From IMG/VR virus record IMGVR_UViG_3300037468_000371, positions 1 through 64,000 of that record: DNA of 64,000 nt. The stretch is one strand, 5' to 3'. The stretch's first letter is position 1, and each line of letters opens with the position of its first letter. The notes beneath the pieces were generated by a model. That model made no database searches and was not told the origin of the DNA. It saw only the letters and a list, made by a program, of their open reading frames with translations. This document shows positions 19,401-29,296 of this stretch, piece by piece. A program made the position numbers and the translations under genes. Origin of the DNA: a virus.

Positions 19401-21885
19401 CTACGACACCCAGGCCTTCGTGAACTTCGACAACGGCCAGATGACCGCGAGCTGGCAGGGAAAGCTGGACCAGACCGGACCGAAGATCGCGGCGGCGATG
19501 GCGGGCCTACTCCAGTCGATCCAGAACACGACCGGCTCCTTCATCACAGGGGTCGTCGAGGCCTGGATCAACATCAAGAACGACAAGACGATGTTCGATG
19601 CGGTCGTCAACGACGTGTGCATCGGCACGTTCAGAACGATGGAAGAGGCGATCATCGCGGCGGCGAAGGAGATCTTCCTCAATTCGGATCTCTCCAAGGC
19701 GCTCGATCCGATCGTCAAGCAGGTCATCGAGAACTACGAGGGCGATGACCCCGAGGAGCTCGTAAAGGCCGTCTCGAAGGTCCAGGGAATCATGGACTCG
19801 ATCTCGGGCCTCACCGATATCGAACTGGCCCTGAAGAACCTTCCGGCGCAGGCCGCGGCCCTTGCGACCGAGCTGCGCGGGATGGGCGTCTCGATGGAGG
19901 ACGCCAACGCCGTCGCAATGAAGTGGCGCGTGATGCAGATGAACAATCTGCGCGACCAGATCACCGGGCATCAGCGTACCGCGGCCGAGGAGATGGCCGA
20001 GCGGCAGCGGCAGGCGACGATGTTCAACGCCGAGCTGGCGTTGATGCGCGCCGAGCTTGAGATGAAGCGCGCCGAGCTGATTGCCAAGGGGGCGGTTGCA
20101 CAGACGTCCGCTACGATCATGAAGGCGGACATCGCCGCGCAGCAGTCGAAGCTGCAAGCAGACGGCGAGTTCCTGAAGGCGCGCATCAACCTCGAGAACG
20201 CTGACATCAACGTCCGCCGCGCGGCCCTGGAGGCGCAGTCTGCGATCGTCGGGGCGAGCGTCGATCTCCTCAACGTGCAGCTCGCAGCGATCGACGCGAT
20301 GATCGCCAGCTTGCCGGCCGCGATCGACTTCAAGGAGATCAAGATCAACACGGGCGGCGGCGGCGGCGGCGGGGCCGCCGGCGGCGGCGGGGCCGCCGGC
20401 CCGTCGAAGGCCGAGCGGCGCTCGACCGTTCAGCAAGAGATCGCCGGGCTGGCCGAGCAGCTGCTGCCGGCGCTGGTGGCGCAGTCGCGGCAACTGACGG
20501 CGCAGTTCGCGGCGCTGCGTGCCGAGATGGTCGCGCTCGGGATGTCGACCGCTGAACTCGATGCCTTGGAGGCGCAGCACCGCGCCCTGCTGCAGCAGCA
20601 GGCGATGGCCGAGGTTGCGCAGTACACGCAGAACCCGTACGCAGCACAGCTCGCCGAGATCCTTGCGTGGGGCATCGAGATGACGGCGGTCTACGAGGAG
20701 CTGGGCCTTTCGCTGGAGGATGTCGAGGAGGCCGAGCGGGCGCGCATCGAGCAGCTTGGCAACGAGATCCTCGCGGGCCTCGGTGACCCGCTCGCGACGG
20801 CCGCGGAGATGGCGCAGGATCTGGCCGACAAGTTCGCTTTCCTCCAGGAGCACATGGAGGAGATGGGAATGACGGCGGAGCAGGTTGCCGCCGCGATGCA
20901 GAACGCCGCGAACGAGTGGGGCCTCGACATCCTCGAAAACCTGCTCAAGTACGTCGATGACGAGGAGCTGAAGGCCCAGCTGGCCGAGGCGCGATACCAG
21001 ATCGAGATTGCGATGCTGAAGGCGCAGTTCGAGATCCTTCTGGCGATGGGAAAGCTCGCGCCGGAGATCGCCGAGGCGATCCGTAGGGCTCTCGCTGGCC
21101 TGCCGCCCAACGCGCCGACCGGCGAGCCCGGCACCGGCGGCGGCGGCTTCTCCGGCGCAGCCGAGGGCGGGCCGCGCGACGTCGGCAAGGGGGACGACCT
21201 CGCCGAGCAGATCAAGAACCTAGTCAAGGCGCTGCGCGACTGGCTCGACTCGCTGAAGCAGGACACGAACGTCTCGCCCCTGACGCTAGCGCAGCGGTTC
21301 GCGCTGGCGCAGCAAGAGTGGCAGCAAACTCTCTGGCAGGCAACACACGGTACAACGACGCAGCGGCTCGAAGCGGGCGAGCGGCTCCAAGAGGTCGGGC
21401 AGCAGTATCTGGAGCTCGCCGCGCAGATGTTCGGCACGTCGAGCATGGGCTATCAGGAGATCTTCGGGTCGGTCGTCTCGGCGATCGAGGAGCTGATCGG
21501 CGCGTTCGAGACGCGCACGGACTGGCAGCTCTGGTTCCAGTACGCGGACCGTTGGGACGACTACCTCTACGACATGACCGACTACCTCGCCTACCTCGCC
21601 GACGCGGAGTGGGGAACTCCGGGGGTGCCGGGTGGCGCAGAGGCGCGCATGGCTGACACAACGACCGCCGGGACCCGTGCGCTGGCGAGCGAGGCAGTCG
21701 AGCGCGCCGTGCGCGAGGGTTCGGCAATGGTCGCCGACGAGGTCTGCCGCACCGGGGACGCGAACAACGACGAGCTGCGCGCGATCCGCCGCACGCTGGA
21801 GCGCGGCGCGGTGCGCCCATCGCCCGCCGAGCGGCGGCTCGCGGCTGGAGCGCCCACCGTGACGCTGCGTCGGAGGATCGCGTGA
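16429..21885 (+). CDS. Tape measure protein (TP901 family)
   Basis: 1818 aa, helical; FSANEVAQGMEDMARAG, SMSGTGLR, MVDNLAGD, hydrophobic segment, NPIG. Confidence 0.95.
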   Translation: MQLGPIKGYLQLVDQFTQPLAKIRTQLSAFEKSLGKIGQIGMLHEMSTTQLVTLTAGFTGLSVAVGAAIRTSADFEKSMDAVGAIAEASGMQLEMMSNAAMALGRGAQFSANEVAQGMEDMARAGYTVQQTIDVMPVALNLATAAQEKLGHTSMILARSLATFGIEATNASSAADALTSAANATNTSISGLATGLRYVGPVAALAGISIQETTAAMGVLADSGMDASMSGTGLRRIFSELVDPTKAAKKALADMGLTLQDVDLPTKGIIGVLEQLRYGFMALPNDTERAGAAFKIFGDRGAPAMLALTNNLDRLRQVTEEVANSAGVTAKVAGAMVDNLAGDFTKLKNNLNDVLLGMGGQMNDGVRKLVQSMTDLVIAMKPLLEFTGELVGRFAEFLSVIVEFIEKGAVPLKMAIVALVASAMMPLITVWSQFLTMVIVFGAQAIAATGALAALTAGVTALGHAIKAAFMNNPIGILLVALSTLAVYLYERWKKSIAESDKAIAEMARLSDAAASFRTTMQKALATPAEIHLIDVEAAQREFQAIAAAFKAFTEKMAAEKARTGMLSPETLQEYRRLSDLLEMTARWMGVVTDAYDANAGALERKRVEELQAKQATAAHAEEVEKMLPKLESLIGKYDKVYAASIDLRDAQELLTEAMGLGIVDAAEKQQEVIAAAVIEMAKAYAEAGNLKKGLEFLDNAFALGILEMEQYNYGMYEVVSATEEGKEAIKRVEKAQKDLKKSTKELNEEQQRLADESIAKLVDAFEKLNELEVKAANDMALVEAAKQGAAALREVSIELAVQEFMLSAEVRKLNLNAEAWEQYAARVRAAMTLSYDARNLSVSDKLATELEEFKEQVDEILIRGIQSSMQGLFTDLMKGSEDAFENFVDSMKNLFIELIAEYLARMIAAQLAAHVQQMALIMRETEARAAGAAVGGGAGGGVGGLLGGGGSLSSISDIVGLVGAIVPVLAVAVVAIAVLANQVQKAKERNRYDTQAFVNFDNGQMTASWQGKLDQTGPKIAAAMAGLLQSIQNTTGSFITGVVEAWINIKNDKTMFDAVVNDVCIGTFRTMEEAIIAAAKEIFLNSDLSKALDPIVKQVIENYEGDDPEELVKAVSKVQGIMDSISGLTDIELALKNLPAQAAALATELRGMGVSMEDANAVAMKWRVMQMNNLRDQITGHQRTAAEEMAERQRQATMFNAELALMRAELEMKRAELIAKGAVAQTSATIMKADIAAQQSKLQADGEFLKARINLENADINVRRAALEAQSAIVGASVDLLNVQLAAIDAMIASLPAAIDFKEIKINTGGGGGGGAAGGGGAAGPSKAERRSTVQQEIAGLAEQLLPALVAQSRQLTAQFAALRAEMVALGMSTAELDALEAQHRALLQQQAMAEVAQYTQNPYAAQLAEILAWGIEMTAVYEELGLSLEDVEEAERARIEQLGNEILAGLGDPLATAAEMAQDLADKFAFLQEHMEEMGMTAEQVAAAMQNAANEWGLDILENLLKYVDDEELKAQLAEARYQIEIAMLKAQFEILLAMGKLAPEIAEAIRRALAGLPPNAPTGEPGTGGGGFSGAAEGGPRDVGKGDDLAEQIKNLVKALRDWLDSLKQDTNVSPLTLAQRFALAQQEWQQTLWQATHGTTTQRLEAGERLQEVGQQYLELAAQMFGTSSMGYQEIFGSVVSAIEELIGAFETRTDWQLWFQYADRWDDYLYDMTDYLAYLADAEWGTPGVPGGAEARMADTTTAGTRALASEAVERAVREGSAMVADEVCRTGDANNDELRAIRRTLERGAVRPSPAERRLAAGAPTVTLRRRIA

Positions 21886-24506
21886 GCGGCTACTCGGTCA
21901 GCTACAAGGACTTCCTCACGGACCCTGAGCGCCGCGACGTCTACCTCGTCGAGCTGTCGCCCTACGACGAGGCGACCCCGGCGGTCGAGACGCTGTACTA
22001 CTCCAGCGACATCTACGTCTCCGGCCCGGCGGACACGCCCGCCGGTCAGCCGTACGTGCCGCAGGCGATCGTCGCGCTGAACATCGAGCAGGGCATCGTG
22101 CTGCCCGGCACCGTGCGCGACACGCCGCCCGTCTCGGGTGGCGAGGTGCGGATCGCGCAGATGTTTGGCTCGACTGACGCGCTCGACGGCTACCTGTGGA
22201 ATGGGCGCGCGGCCAAGATCATCCACGTCGGTTACTCTCCGACCGGGAACGGATGGGTCAGCCGGGCGAACGGGCGCGTGCTCTACGATGGAGAGGTCGA
22301 GTCGATCCAGATCGGCCTCGAAGAAGTCACGATCGCGCTGCGCGATCAAGGCGCGCGGCTGCAAGGGCCGATGCAGTCGGCGGCGCTGATCGGCTCCGGG
22401 TGGATGCTGAACTACGACGGCTCGACGACGGTGGCGACGACGACCGGCCCGGAGCCGAAGCTCACCGCGCTGGTCGATGACATCACGGTCGAGTTCTTCA
22501 TCTACTGCGAGGACTCGACGCCAGCCGCCGTGACGAACATCGTTGGGCTCAGCGGAACGACGTGGCCTTGGGAGGTGCAGCTCACGGCGGCGGGCAAGAT
22601 CCGCTTCCGGTCGAACGCGACAACTTACTACACGACCACGGCGGGGCTCTCTGACAAGAAGTGGTTTCACGTCACCGTCGCGTGCGACGCGACCTCGACG
22701 ATCGTCTACCTTCACGACGTTGCAGGGGACGCGACCACGGTCGAGACAGACGCAGCCGACAACACGGGTCGCGCTGCGGCTTCCGCCGATGCGAGCTTCA
22801 ACATCGGCGGGCGGCCTTCCCCGGCGACGGACCGGATCGACGGCTACGTCACCCAAGTCCGCGTGTGGAACGTCAAGCGGACCGAGGCCGAGATCCGCGA
22901 GGCGCGGTTCCGCCGCCTGACCGAAGGCGAGGAGACGGACGCGACGTTGGTCGGCCTCTGGCGCGGCGAGGACGGGCCGGGCGACGGCACCGCCGCGACG
23001 AACGCGCTGATGGAGGACGCCTCGACGATCGTCACGACGCAGGCGACGCTGACCGCCGACGAGACGGCGGGCGTCTACTCCTACACGCGCGCCTCGGGCT
23101 CGTTCGTGACGGACGGTTGGGTCGCGGGGATGCGCGGGCGAGCGAGCGGCTTCGGCACCGCCGGGAATAACGGGCTGTTCACCGTCTCGACCGCCGTCGC
23201 GCTGACGCTGACCGTGACTGGGATCACGCTGGTCGACGAGGCGTCCGTGGTCGCCGCGCTGCTGACCTCCGCGCCGCTGTCGATCGCCTACTCGGGCGCT
23301 CCGGTCTGGGTCGCCTCGCTCGAAGGCTCGCCCGACACGGCGGGCACCCTGCGCCCGCTGGCCTTCGGGCGCTGCGAGTCCGTGCCCGGCGTGCTCGTCC
23401 ACGTGCCGACCGCAACCTACATGGTGGCGGGGAACATCTGCGAGGAGGTCGTCGCGGCCTACGCGGGCGGCGTGCTGCACGGGAAAACGGGCGACCCCGA
23501 CCTCCCGTTCGAGAACGCCTACACGGACCTGCGGACGTTCCTGCTCGCGGAGACGACGGCGGGCCTCTGCGAGACGCTGACCTACGCGGGCGGCACCTTC
23601 GTCCGGTTCGGGAGCCAGCCGTCCTTCCCCGTGACGTTCGACCTGAAGGGCGACAACACCGCGACCGCCGTGCTCGGGGCTCAGTACGAGAACTACCAAG
23701 AGACAACCGCCGGGATCGCGTGGAAGGTCGCCACGCTCTGCGGCACCGAGCCGCTCGTGAACCCCGACGAGCTGGACTACGCCTCGTTCGAGCAGCTCGA
23801 CATCGACAACAGCGCGCCATGCGGCGTCTACGCCTTCGGCAGCGAGACGATCGCCGAGATCATCGCCTTCGTGCTCGGCTCGGTCGGCGCGGCGGGCTAC
23901 TTCGACCGGCAGACGGGCCTGTTCACCGTGCAGCGGTTCGGCGGTCAGGCCGGTTCTTACGATGCCGCGTTCGACGAGCGCACGGTCATCTCGGTCACGC
24001 CCGAGTCGGTCGATCCGCCGATGTACGCCGTGGCGCTCGGCTACCGGCGGCAGTACACGACGCTCGGGCTCGAAGACATCGCTGGGGAGATCCTCCAGAA
24101 CGACGACCCGATCGTCGCCCGGCTCACGCAGGGGTACCTGACCGCCCGTGTCGAGGACCTCGCGGTGCTCGCCCGGTTCCCGCGCGCCGGGACCTACGTC
24201 GCCGACACGGGGCTTGCTCTGGAAAGTGACGCGATCGCCGAGGCGACCCGGCGGCTCGGGCTGTACGGCGGCGCGGCGAAGGCGTACAAGATCACCATCC
24301 CGGACGCCGAGTCGTCCAATGCGGGCGAGGGCTGGACCGTGCAGTTCACGCTCGCCGAGTTCGATCAGGACGGCCAGCCGTTGCAGCGGCTCGGGCTCAT
24401 CCCGAGCGATCCGAGTTCTCTGTTCATCGTGCTGCACGTCGCTCCGCTCAGCGACGAGGAGGGCGTGCCGCAAGTCGAAGTCACGATCTGGAAGGGAGGC
24501 GGTTGA
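21882..24506 (+). CDS. Tail tip/hub protein with LamG-like domain
   Basis: KWFHVTV...DGYVTQVRVWNVKRTEAEI...LVGLW; RPLAFGRC; follows the tape measure. Confidence 0.75.
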   Translation: MSGYSVSYKDFLTDPERRDVYLVELSPYDEATPAVETLYYSSDIYVSGPADTPAGQPYVPQAIVALNIEQGIVLPGTVRDTPPVSGGEVRIAQMFGSTDALDGYLWNGRAAKIIHVGYSPTGNGWVSRANGRVLYDGEVESIQIGLEEVTIALRDQGARLQGPMQSAALIGSGWMLNYDGSTTVATTTGPEPKLTALVDDITVEFFIYCEDSTPAAVTNIVGLSGTTWPWEVQLTAAGKIRFRSNATTYYTTTAGLSDKKWFHVTVACDATSTIVYLHDVAGDATTVETDAADNTGRAAASADASFNIGGRPSPATDRIDGYVTQVRVWNVKRTEAEIREARFRRLTEGEETDATLVGLWRGEDGPGDGTAATNALMEDASTIVTTQATLTADETAGVYSYTRASGSFVTDGWVAGMRGRASGFGTAGNNGLFTVSTAVALTLTVTGITLVDEASVVAALLTSAPLSIAYSGAPVWVASLEGSPDTAGTLRPLAFGRCESVPGVLVHVPTATYMVAGNICEEVVAAYAGGVLHGKTGDPDLPFENAYTDLRTFLLAETTAGLCETLTYAGGTFVRFGSQPSFPVTFDLKGDNTATAVLGAQYENYQETTAGIAWKVATLCGTEPLVNPDELDYASFEQLDIDNSAPCGVYAFGSETIAEIIAFVLGSVGAAGYFDRQTGLFTVQRFGGQAGSYDAAFDERTVISVTPESVDPPMYAVALGYRRQYTTLGLEDIAGEILQNDDPIVARLTQGYLTARVEDLAVLARFPRAGTYVADTGLALESDAIAEATRRLGLYGGAAKAYKITIPDAESSNAGEGWTVQFTLAEFDQDGQPLQRLGLIPSDPSSLFIVLHVAPLSDEEGVPQVEVTIWKGGG

Positions 24507-24509
24507 GTC

Positions 24510-25931
24510 ATGGCAGCCGGAATGATCATCGCGGGAATCCCGAACGTCATGCAGGGCGGCATCTGCTCGGTCGGCGGCGCGGACGGCGGCAACCACGCCG
24601 ATCAGGAGCCGTCGAGCTACTCGACCGCTGCGAGCAACCTTCCGTCGGCCTCGACGTTCCTCGTGCAGTCCCGGGCCGTGCTGGAGCAGGTGAACTTCGT
24701 GGCGATCGTCAACCACAACCTCGATAAGCAGAAGGGCAGCTATTGGCGCGTGTGGGCGGACTCGAAGGCTCCGTCGTCGAGTAACGCGATCGTCGGGACA
24801 CAGGAGCTGTACCCGACCAGCCGCGATGCTTCGTCGAACCTGACCGGCACCTACTCGGCGATCGATGACAACCCGTTTCTGTCGGCGAGCGAGTCGGACT
24901 ACATCACGTTCGGCGCGAGCTCCTACGGCACCTTCGGCTTCGGCACGCCGACCGATGATCCGGCGCAGCAGGCCGGGAACGAGCACGCGATTGTCCTGCG
25001 CGGCAACGCGACCGGCCTCAAGGTCACGGTCATCCCGGGCGGCGTCGGAACGACGACCGTGCTCTGCGATGGCGAGACGATCGGCGACGAGGACCCGCTC
25101 GCGCGCCGCGTGCTGATCCTTCCGTTCGGCACGGGTATCCTTGACCCGGACCTCTCGACGTTCCAAGTCAAGGTCGAGGCGGACAACGGATCGCGCATCT
25201 ACTCCCTCATGTGGTCGCACGGCTACTACGCCACCGGCACGATGCCGCAGTTCGACAGCGGGTGGATGCTGATCGCGGGTGAGTCGTCGACGACGCAGCT
25301 CGTGGCCCCGTCGCCGTGGCTGAACAAGTACGAGAAGCAGCAGACCGACATCTGCTACATCGACGCGGACGGAGTGATCCACAAGACGATCGGAGCCACG
25401 GGTCAGGGTTTCGCAGAGTACGGGACGTGGATCGCCGCGCCCGACGTCGTTGGCGACGCGGCCTACGTCTACGTCTCGTTCCTCAACGCGGCGACCGACG
25501 ACCGGCTGAACCGCCTCGGCGTTCTCGCCGCCGGGCAGTTCTACCAAGTCCCGGCGGAGCGGAACTTCACGGGCCTGTCCTTCGGCATCGAGGACGCCTC
25601 GAAGAAGGTGATGACGTTCGGCGGGCAGGAGCTTCCATCGAACCGACACCGGCGGCGCAAGGCGACCTTCACGCTGCCGCGCGTGACCCGGCTGGACATG
25701 GCCGCGCTCGCCGAGCGGATCGACATCGCCAAGGGCGTCACGGGCGCGTTCCTCGTGGCGTTCTACCCGGAGGACGACGCGGCGTTCCTCTCGGACCTGA
25801 TGACGTTCTGGTGCACGCAGGACGAGGCGATGCAGGGAGCGTGGGTCCACTCGCCGATGTCGGTCGTCAACGATGAGGACAGCGCCCCCTTCCGCTTCGA
25901 CCGGACCTACTCGGTCAAGGAGAAGATCTGA
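24510..25931 (+). CDS. Tail protein (distal-tail-like)
   Basis: VAIVNHNL, FDSGW, terminal FGIED...RRRKATFTL...SVKEKI. Confidence 0.65.
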   Translation: MAAGMIIAGIPNVMQGGICSVGGADGGNHADQEPSSYSTAASNLPSASTFLVQSRAVLEQVNFVAIVNHNLDKQKGSYWRVWADSKAPSSSNAIVGTQELYPTSRDASSNLTGTYSAIDDNPFLSASESDYITFGASSYGTFGFGTPTDDPAQQAGNEHAIVLRGNATGLKVTVIPGGVGTTTVLCDGETIGDEDPLARRVLILPFGTGILDPDLSTFQVKVEADNGSRIYSLMWSHGYYATGTMPQFDSGWMLIAGESSTTQLVAPSPWLNKYEKQQTDICYIDADGVIHKTIGATGQGFAEYGTWIAAPDVVGDAAYVYVSFLNAATDDRLNRLGVLAAGQFYQVPAERNFTGLSFGIEDASKKVMTFGGQELPSNRHRRRKATFTLPRVTRLDMAALAERIDIAKGVTGAFLVAFYPEDDAAFLSDLMTFWCTQDEAMQGAWVHSPMSVVNDEDSAPFRFDRTYSVKEKI

Positions 25932-26755
25932 TGCGCCGTTCCGCGCTCGCTCTGCTGCTCGCGCTCTCGGCCTCGCTCGCCTCCGCGCACGAGTCGTCGC
26001 GGCGGTTGCCGATGTCGCCCAACGAGTGCCGCAACGGCTCGCCGCTGGCCGTGTGGGTCGTCAACGCCCTGACAGCCTCCGACTGCTCGACGGGCGGCGG
26101 CACGCTCGAACACTGGTGCGCGTGCATCGACGGCGCGTGGGCGGCGGTTCCGGCTTCGAGCTTTGTGAACATCGCGGCGGACGGGCACGTCACGTTCAGC
26201 GGGACGGCGACCTACTGGGACGACATCCAGATCCCGGGCTACAGCCTGCGGCTCGGCGCGTCCGCGCCGACCTTCGCCTCGTGGGCGACGCACTCGCCGA
26301 TCTACGCCTACTTCTTTGCGGCCGGGAGCGACGAGGAGGTCCACGGCTCGATCCAGATGCCGCACCGATGGGCGGGCACGTCGATCGAGTTCCACGTCCA
26401 TTGGTTCCCCGAGGCGACGGCGGACGGCGCCCCGGCGAATCAGGCCGTGGTCTGGTGCATCGACTACACATGGGCTGACTACGGCGTCGTCTTCCCGGGG
26501 ACGACGACCGCGCAGTGCGGCTCGACCCCGGCACCGAACGACGCCAACGTCGTGATCGACAAGCACTACATCACGGCGGTCGCCACCGTCGCGCCGGGCA
26601 CCGGAGCGGACGGCGGCAGCTCGGTCTTCTACTTCCGGCTGTACCGCGACGCGAACGCCGGAGGCGACACGTACGAGAGCCGCGCCGGGCTACTCTCGGC
26701 GGACGCACACTTCGAGTCGAACAAGCTCGGCTCGAACACACAGACGTCGGACTGA
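25931..26755 (+). CDS. Cys-rich protein with signal-peptide-like N-terminus, in the tail module
   Basis: MRRSALALLLALSASLASA; DCSTGGG...CACIDGAW; beta-rich C-domain (QMPHRW...FHVHW). Confidence 0.7.
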   Translation: MRRSALALLLALSASLASAHESSRRLPMSPNECRNGSPLAVWVVNALTASDCSTGGGTLEHWCACIDGAWAAVPASSFVNIAADGHVTFSGTATYWDDIQIPGYSLRLGASAPTFASWATHSPIYAYFFAAGSDEEVHGSIQMPHRWAGTSIEFHVHWFPEATADGAPANQAVVWCIDYTWADYGVVFPGTTTAQCGSTPAPNDANVVIDKHYITAVATVAPGTGADGGSSVFYFRLYRDANAGGDTYESRAGLLSADAHFESNKLGSNTQTSD

Positions 26756-26764
26756 CTGATACAC

Positions 26765-27250
26765 ATGGGAGACGACATGACCTTGGACCGCGAGGAGCTG
26801 GAGGAGCTGATCCGGCGGGTGATCGCCGAGGAGCGCGCCGAGGCGATGTCGCATCCTCTTCATCGCGAGAAGTTCACGCGCTACACCGACCCGGATGGCA
26901 AGACGTGGGTGAGCGCGACGATGGAGCGAGCCGAGGTCGCCCAGAAGATGATCGCCTTCGTGCTCGCCCTGATAGCCCTGCTCTCGTCGGTCAACTACGC
27001 CGTCCTCACCTATGCCGTCCGCCCGGCGATCGAGGTCGAGATCAAGCGGGAGATGGCGGCTCACAACGAGGACGCCCGCAGGCGCATGGACGAGATGCTC
27101 CCGCACATCGTCAACCGCGAGGAGTGGGTGGCGTGGACCGCCGAGAAGAAGCAGATGTGGGATCGACAGCAGGAAGTCAACGAGCTGATGGAGAAGCGCC
27201 TGACCCGGATCGAAGAAAAACTCGACCGCCTCATCGAGCGCGGGCGTTAG
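26765..27250 (+). CDS. Single-TM coiled-coil protein (holin/antiholin-like?)
   Basis: TM segment IAFVLALIALLSSVNYAVL; C-terminal RLTRIEEKLDRLIE. Confidence 0.65.
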   Translation: MGDDMTLDREELEELIRRVIAEERAEAMSHPLHREKFTRYTDPDGKTWVSATMERAEVAQKMIAFVLALIALLSSVNYAVLTYAVRPAIEVEIKREMAAHNEDARRRMDEMLPHIVNREEWVAWTAEKKQMWDRQQEVNELMEKRLTRIEEKLDRLIERGR

Positions 27251-27285
27251 ACTTGCACCTCAACCGACGACCATAGGAGACGACG

Positions 27286-27678
27286 ATGCCTTTCACCGAA
27301 GCCTTCCGCAACGCCCTGCTGGACCACGCGGTCGGGACGACCGAGTACACCTTCGACACCGACCTGTTCGTCGCCCTGTTCAACGGCGACCCGGCAGGCG
27401 CGGGGACGGAGGTCGAGATCACCGCCACGGACGGCTACACCCGTCAGGCGCTCTCGTGCGGGGCGGCGGCATCGGGCGCGACGTCGAACAGCGGTACGAT
27501 CACCTTCGGCCCGAACTCGGGCGCGGGCTCGTGGACGGTGACGCACTTCGCCATCTACGACACGGTGACTCCGGGCGCGGGCACGCTGAAGATCAGCGGC
27601 ACGATCACGAACCGGACCGTGGCGCAGAACGACAGCTACCAGATCGCCGCAGGCGACCTCGACATCACGGCGACCTAA
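27286..27678 (+). CDS. Small fibre-associated virion protein
   Basis: NALLDH...FVALFNGDP...YTRQA...ITF...VTHFAIYD...AGDLDIT pattern. Confidence 0.75.
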   Translation: MPFTEAFRNALLDHAVGTTEYTFDTDLFVALFNGDPAGAGTEVEITATDGYTRQALSCGAAASGATSNSGTITFGPNSGAGSWTVTHFAIYDTVTPGAGTLKISGTITNRTVAQNDSYQIAAGDLDITAT

Positions 27679-27685
27679 GCGCGCG

Positions 27686-28261
27686 ATGCGCTCCGTGCTC
27701 AACGTCGGGGGCGGTCCGGGCCGCGTTCTGCCGCTGGTCTTTCGAGGCTGGCGGCAGGTGCTCCTCGACATCGACGCCGGGGTCCAGCCGGACATCGTGC
27801 TCGACGCGCGGCGGCTCTCGACGCTGCCGCCCGCAGGGTACGATGCGGTCTACTGCTCGCACACGCTGGAGCACTTCTACGGGCACGAGGTCGCGGGCGT
27901 GCTCGCGGGCTTCCGCCACGTCCTGAAGCCGCACGGCTTCGCCGAGGTCGCGGTGCCGGACCTCGGCGCGCTGGCGCGCGACCTCGCGGCGGCGGGCGGC
28001 GACCTCGACGCGCGCTGGTACGACTGCCCGACCGGACCGATCACGTTCCACGATGTCCTCTACGGCTGGAGCGAGCAGCTCCAGCGCGGGAACCTCTACT
28101 ACGCGCACCACTGCGGCTTCGACGCGCGGCGGCTCACCTCGGCGCTCCAGCGCGCCGGGTTCTCGAAGGTCTACGTCGAGGCGGCGAACCTTGAGCTGCG
28201 CGCCGTCGCGTTCCTGAAGCCCCCGTCGCGCGAGCGGCTGCGGCAGATTGGAGTCGCCTGA
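27686..28261 (+). CDS. Class I SAM methyltransferase
   Basis: VLNVGGG, LDID, YDAVYCSHTLEH, VLKPHG...VPDL. Confidence 0.85.
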   Translation: MRSVLNVGGGPGRVLPLVFRGWRQVLLDIDAGVQPDIVLDARRLSTLPPAGYDAVYCSHTLEHFYGHEVAGVLAGFRHVLKPHGFAEVAVPDLGALARDLAAAGGDLDARWYDCPTGPITFHDVLYGWSEQLQRGNLYYAHHCGFDARRLTSALQRAGFSKVYVEAANLELRAVAFLKPPSRERLRQIGVA

Positions 28262-29292
28262 TGCCTATTACTGTTCAACATGCTAAGAGTGTCACTGTAG
28301 CGGACTGGACCGGAACCGTCACGGTCGGGAATAGTAGCGGTGGAACCCAGACCGCTGAGGCGTCTGTGCTTGCGCGCCCGAGTGACTGGAACTCGGTCCA
28401 CGCCGTCTCGTTCTCGATTGCCGGGAGCGATCTCCCCAAGGTGTTCACTTGGGAGAACCAGCCGCTCGATGCGGCCGTGACGCACACCGCGATCTACACG
28501 GGAGGCTCCTCTGTCTACGTGCATCCGGTCGAGTTCGCCTTCGCGCTCGACTCCGGGCAGTTCATGGTCCCGGCGGTCGTCGGCTCGTGGGGCTACGGCC
28601 TGACGACCTTCTCGGCCACGAGCACCGGATCGTTCAGCCGCGTGTGGAACATGGCCTTTGAATTGGGGATCTACTCGCTCGCCACCGTTAGCTCTACCCG
28701 TCGAGCCGAGACGGTCTGGACGACGCGGCTGAGCTACGCTTCGTCACAAAGTCTCTCGGTCAACGGTACGGTGTCGAACAACATGACGGTCACGAACGCG
28801 GCGACGATCAGCGGCCCGAAGTCGTTCGACTACAGCGGCGGCATGACCTACGGGACGTGGACCGCTTCGGGGACGCGGAGCACGAACGTCTCGACGGCTC
28901 CTTCCAGCTTCGCGAACTCACTCATCGTGGCAGCGACCAACCGCTTCGGCGCGTCGGTGAAGTTCCTCGTGCCGTTCGCCTCGACGCTCCCGGCTGGGAC
29001 CTTCATCATGGCGCACTACTTCTCCTCGACGCACGCCTCTACCACGACGCGCTACAACGCCTCGCAGTTCGGCGTCGGTATTCTAGGGAAGGTAGCGCAC
29101 TCTTTCAACAACTGGGTGGCCGCAGGGATGTCTACGAACACGTTGCCTTACACCAGCGTGGTTCCGTTTCTCGGGCAGATCGCGTCGGGTGGCGCGTGGT
29201 CGTCTCTGGCGACGAGCTTGGACATGGAATCTGCAAGCTTTTTGTCCGCTCGCCCCTATATCCAGTTTGGCCGCATGAGTTTCAACGGGTGA
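28261..29292 (+). CDS. Ser/Thr-rich beta protein, probable fibre/receptor-binding component
   Basis: Very S/T-rich; locally lower GC; ITVQHAK...RPSDWNSVH N-terminus. Confidence 0.65.
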   Translation: MPITVQHAKSVTVADWTGTVTVGNSSGGTQTAEASVLARPSDWNSVHAVSFSIAGSDLPKVFTWENQPLDAAVTHTAIYTGGSSVYVHPVEFAFALDSGQFMVPAVVGSWGYGLTTFSATSTGSFSRVWNMAFELGIYSLATVSSTRRAETVWTTRLSYASSQSLSVNGTVSNNMTVTNAATISGPKSFDYSGGMTYGTWTASGTRSTNVSTAPSSFANSLIVAATNRFGASVKFLVPFASTLPAGTFIMAHYFSSTHASTTTRYNASQFGVGILGKVAHSFNNWVAAGMSTNTLPYTSVVPFLGQIASGGAWSSLATSLDMESASFLSARPYIQFGRMSFNG

Positions 29293-29296
29293 TGCC

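Noticed and set aside
21591-25850. 1419-aa minus-strand ORF
   Set aside because: Antisense shadow of the tail genes; Arg-rich composition typical of high-GC off-frames, no motifs.
28261-29292. Diversity-generating retroelement target
   Set aside because: No reverse transcriptase or template repeat seen; the lower GC more simply reflects recent acquisition.
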